This document shows positions 61,013 through 63,972 of a stretch of DNA of 63,972 nt, in pieces. The notes beneath the pieces are model-generated. The model was given only the letters and a program-made list of their open reading frames with translations, was not told the origin of the DNA and did not search any database. How positions within the stretch are numbered: position 1 is the first letter of the stretch; every line of letters begins with the position of its first letter. A program made the position numbers and the translations under genes. Source of the stretch: Nitrosovibrio sp. Nv4 (GTDB lineage Bacteria > Pseudomonadota > Gammaproteobacteria > Burkholderiales > SG8-39); assembly GCA_945906765.1 (NCBI GenBank), contig CAMDRF010000003.1, positions 1 through 63,972 on the forward strand, written 5' to 3'.

Positions 61013-61325
61013 CGAAGCGCGCTGCATCGGTTGCACGCGCTGCCTCGACGCCTGCCCGGTGGATGCCATCGCCGGCGCACAAGGGTTCATGCACACCGTC
61101 ATCGCCGCTTACTGCACCGGCTGCGAACTGTGCCTGCCGCCCTGCCCCGTGGATTGCATCGACCTCGTGCCTCCGCCGCGTCCGTGGACCACGGCGGACG
61201 CGAAAGGCGCCAAGCAGCGCGCGGGATTCCTGAGGAAGAGAATCCTGGAAAGGCGGGCCGGGCCCCCGTTGACGGACCGCAGGGCGGTCATTGCCGGGGC
61301 TCTGAAGCGCAAGGCCCGCATTTGA
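60981..61325 (+). CDS. RnfB/RsxB-like 2[4Fe-4S] ferredoxin, short form
   Basis: [12 protein letters not shown] and [12 protein letters not shown]; directly upstream of nth. Confidence 0.85.
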   Translation: MPKRTAVALIDEARCIGCTRCLDACPVDAIAGAQGFMHTVIAAYCTGCELCLPPCPVDCIDLVPPPRPWTTADAKGAKQRAGFLRKRILERRAGPPLTDRRAVIAGALKRKARI

Positions 61326-61338
61326 ACTTCACCTACAC

Positions 61339-61971
61339 GTGAACCCTCAGAAGCGCCACGAGATCTTCAAGCGCTTGCGCGCCGCCAATCCGCATCCGAA
61401 GACCGAGCTCACCTACCGAACGCCTTACGAACTGCTTGTTGCGGTGGTGCTGTCGGCGCAGGCGACCGACAAGTCCGTCAATCTCGCGACAGCAAAGCTG
61501 TTTCCGGTTGCCAGTACAGCCTCGAAAGTGATGGAACTAGGCGAGCAACGCTTGGCGGAGCACATAAAGACGATCGGCCTGTTCCGGACCAAGGCAAAGA
61601 ACGTGATCCAGCTCTCGCGCTTGCTGCTTCAGAACTTCAACGGAGAAATACCCCAGACCCGGGAACAGCTGGAAAGTCTGCCCGGCGTCGGCCGAAAAAC
61701 CGCGAATGTCGTCCTGAATACCGCTTTCGGGCAGCCGACCATGGCGGTGGATACCCATATCTTCCGCGTCGCCAACCGCACCGGCCTGGGACCGGGCAAG
61801 GATCCGCTGGAAGTCGAGCAGAAACTGCTCAAGTTCACGCCACCGGAATTCCTGATGCACGCGCACCACTGGCTGATTCTGCACGGGCGCTACATCTGTG
61901 TCGCGCGAAAGCCGAAGTGCCCCGAGTGCCGGATCCGCGAGCTGTGCGACTACAGGGGCAAGACGAAATAA
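61339..61971 (+). CDS. nth: Endonuclease III
   Basis: LSAQATD, LPGVGRKTA, VDTH, C-X6-C-X2-C-X5-C. Confidence 0.97.
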   Translation: MNPQKRHEIFKRLRAANPHPKTELTYRTPYELLVAVVLSAQATDKSVNLATAKLFPVASTASKVMELGEQRLAEHIKTIGLFRTKAKNVIQLSRLLLQNFNGEIPQTREQLESLPGVGRKTANVVLNTAFGQPTMAVDTHIFRVANRTGLGPGKDPLEVEQKLLKFTPPEFLMHAHHWLILHGRYICVARKPKCPECRIRELCDYRGKTK

Positions 61972-62067
61972 TTACCGCTGGAAGTGCAGATTCGACTTCT
62001 GCCTGGAGAACCAGGCCGCCAGATCCAGGATTCCTGCCGCAAGGACATTGCCGATACTGTTTCGCAT
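61972..62067 (-). pseudogene. 31-aa remnant, probably a collapsed cytochrome c gene or gene pair
   Basis: MRNSIGNVLAAGIL joined to DLAAWFSRQKSNLHFQR; no CxxCH. Confidence 0.5.
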
Positions 62068-62147
62068 GCGCCTGTGGGGGATCCGGATAGTTGGGAAGGT
62101 AGGATTTAGCGGGCGATTATAATGCGATTTTGGCAAAGGGATAGGCG

Positions 62148-62993
62148 ATGCGCTTCTCCGGCTCAGCAGACTACGTCTCCACCGAAGACCTCACGCTGGC
62201 GGTCAATGCGGCGATCACGCTGCAGCGGCCGCTGCTGGTCAAGGGCGAGCCGGGCACCGGCAAGACCATGCTCGCCCTCCAGGTCGCCAAATCGCTGGGC
62301 GTCCCCCTGCTCGAGTGGCACATCAAGTCCACCACCAAGGCGCAGCAGGGCCTGTACGAATACGACGCTGTGAGCCGGCTGCGCGATTCGCAGCTCGGCG
62401 ACGCGAAGGTGCACGACATCAACAACTACATCGTCAAGGGCATGCTATGGCAGGCGTTCTCCCTGGACAAGCCCTGCGTGCTGCTGATCGACGAGGTGGA
62501 CAAGGCCGACATCGAATTCCCGAATGACCTGCTGCGCGAACTGGACCGCATGGAGTTCTACGTCTACGAGACGCGCGAGCTCGTCAAGGCGAAGCAGCGG
62601 CCGATCGTGTTCATCACCTCGAACAACGAGAAAGAACTGCCCGACGCGTTCCTCAGGCGCTGCTTCTTCCACTACATCCGCTTTCCCGACAAGGAAACGA
62701 TGGAGAAAATCGTCGCGGTGCACTTTCCGGGCCTCAAGAAATCGCTCCTGCGGGAAGCGATGGAGGTGTTCTTCGAAGTGCGCGAAGTGCCGGGCATGAA
62801 GAAAAAGCCCTCGACTTCGGAGCTGCTCGACTGGTTGAAGCTGCTGCTGGCCGAGGACATCCCCCCTGAAGCGCTGCGCTCCAAGGACCGCAAGACCATC
62901 ATCCCGCCGCTGCATGGCGCCCTGCTCAAGAACGAGCAGGATGTGCACCTGTTCGAGAGGCTGGTGTTCATGACGCGCGCGAAGGGCGGTTAG
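62148..62993 (+). CDS. MoxR-like AAA+ ATPase
   Basis: GEPGTGKT, LLIDEVDKAD, ELPDAFLRRC. Confidence 0.93.
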   Translation: MRFSGSADYVSTEDLTLAVNAAITLQRPLLVKGEPGTGKTMLALQVAKSLGVPLLEWHIKSTTKAQQGLYEYDAVSRLRDSQLGDAKVHDINNYIVKGMLWQAFSLDKPCVLLIDEVDKADIEFPNDLLRELDRMEFYVYETRELVKAKQRPIVFITSNNEKELPDAFLRRCFFHYIRFPDKETMEKIVAVHFPGLKKSLLREAMEVFFEVREVPGMKKKPSTSELLDWLKLLLAEDIPPEALRSKDRKTIIPPLHGALLKNEQDVHLFERLVFMTRAKGG

Positions 62994-62997
62994 CAGG

Positions 62998-63019
62998 ACC
63001 CGCGCCGAGCGCGGGTTTT
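62998..63019 (+). terminator. Intrinsic terminator
   Basis: ACCCGCGC-CGA-GCGCGGGT-TTT. Confidence 0.7.
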
Positions 63020-63834
63020 CAGGTCCCGTAGCGCGTACTGCGCCCCAGCTCGCGGATCGCGGCAAGCGCGGAAAAGCAGGCAAGCATCGAGGTTTTCGGG
63101 TTCTCCGGCATCGCCACCGACTCGAATTTGATGTCGATGCGCCCGGTGCGGCCCTTGATGACGATGAAGTGCGTGTTGAACTTCAGCGCCGGGTCCGCCA
63201 CCACCTTCAGCCGCGTGCGGTCGAAACCGATGCCGGCCATCGAGAGCACGGCGGCGATGTTCACGTTCGCCGGGAAGTGCGGCACGCCCTCGCGCGCGCT
63301 GCCCTCGAACAGCACCGTCGCCGTGGCGAGCCGGTCCAGGTCGAGGCCGAGCTTTTCGACGTAGGGAATGCCCTTCCATGCGGCAGGCGGCTTGGTCACC
63401 GCGATGCTGACTTCGTCCGCCCCGGCCAGGCACACGGCTTTGAGCGCGTCCAGCCCGCCGATGCCGCCCGAGGGCACGTAGAGCAAGGCGCGATGCTGCG
63501 CCGCGGCGCGCTCCAGCCGGTCCCGCAACGCGTCGTCGCACAGCGCGCCGCCGGAGAGCGCGACAAACGACACGCCCCGCGAGAGCAGCGCTTCGCCGTA
63601 TTCGCGCACCGCCTCGTGCGAGGCGGCTTCCACCACGGCTTCGGGCTTCTCCGCCGCCAGCGCCTCCAATCCAACCACAAAGGGGATGCCGAAGGACTCC
63701 GCCAGTGGCTTGCCCTTGGACTGCAGGCCGCGGCCGGCGATGGCGACGACCTGCACGTCGCCAAGCGCGCCATCGCGAAGGTGTTCCAGGACAAGGCGCG
63801 CAATCACGCCGCCGCCGATAATGCCGATACGCAT
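63019..63834 (-). CDS. nadX: L-aspartate dehydrogenase
   Basis: VEAASH, SGGIGGLD, FEGSARE..FPANVN, ENPKTS. Confidence 0.9.
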   Translation of the reverse strand: MRIGIIGGGVIARLVLEHLRDGALGDVQVVAIAGRGLQSKGKPLAESFGIPFVVGLEALAAEKPEAVVEAASHEAVREYGEALLSRGVSFVALSGGALCDDALRDRLERAAAQHRALLYVPSGGIGGLDALKAVCLAGADEVSIAVTKPPAAWKGIPYVEKLGLDLDRLATATVLFEGSAREGVPHFPANVNIAAVLSMAGIGFDRTRLKVVADPALKFNTHFIVIKGRTGRIDIKFESVAMPENPKTSMLACFSALAAIRELGRSTRYGT

Positions 63835-63918
63835 GCTTTCCCCGAAAGAAGGACTTTCACCCTCCCATCGATTCTGCCATAGTAGAGTAGATGTGGACCT
63901 AACCTCGGAGGAGGAACC

Positions 63919-63972
63919 ATGAAGAGACTTACCGCAGTTGCTGCAGGCCTCGCGCTGTTCGCAGCGTCGAGC
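63919..63972 (+). CDS. Start of an exported protein (truncated by the window edge)
   Basis: GGAGGAGG SD; MKRLTAVAAGLALFAASS. Confidence 0.6.
   Translation, partial: MKRLTAVAAGLALFAASS

Overview
GC-rich, tightly packed chromosomal segment, most likely from a betaproteobacterium (inferred from gene order such as tRNA-Leu-tig-clpP-clpX-lon, radA-alr-lplT-udg-rimI-tsaB, ispDF-mfd-serB, dapA-bamC, aat-bpt-pyrD-rnfB-nth). Most of it is housekeeping and metabolic genes plus tRNA-Leu(TAG) and tRNA-Arg(CCT). The main accessory element is a chromosomal integron between serB and ridA/purL (about 25.6-30.3 kb). It has intI with a perfect LexA box, an attI crossover at 26685/26686, three intact attC sites and one decayed attC. 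The integrase lacks the catalytic GKGxKDR segment, and both toxin genes in its toxin-antitoxin cassettes are broken while the antitoxins are intact, so the array looks frozen. Cassette 2 carries two tiny membrane proteins (75 aa and 31 aa) and is the best candidate for an undescribed system. Window-wide, there are many deletion scars and gene remnants, and about ten genes have a -10 hexamer 5-8 nt upstream of the start codon, suggesting leaderless mRNAs. All family assignments come from motif recognition by eye; no database searches were run.
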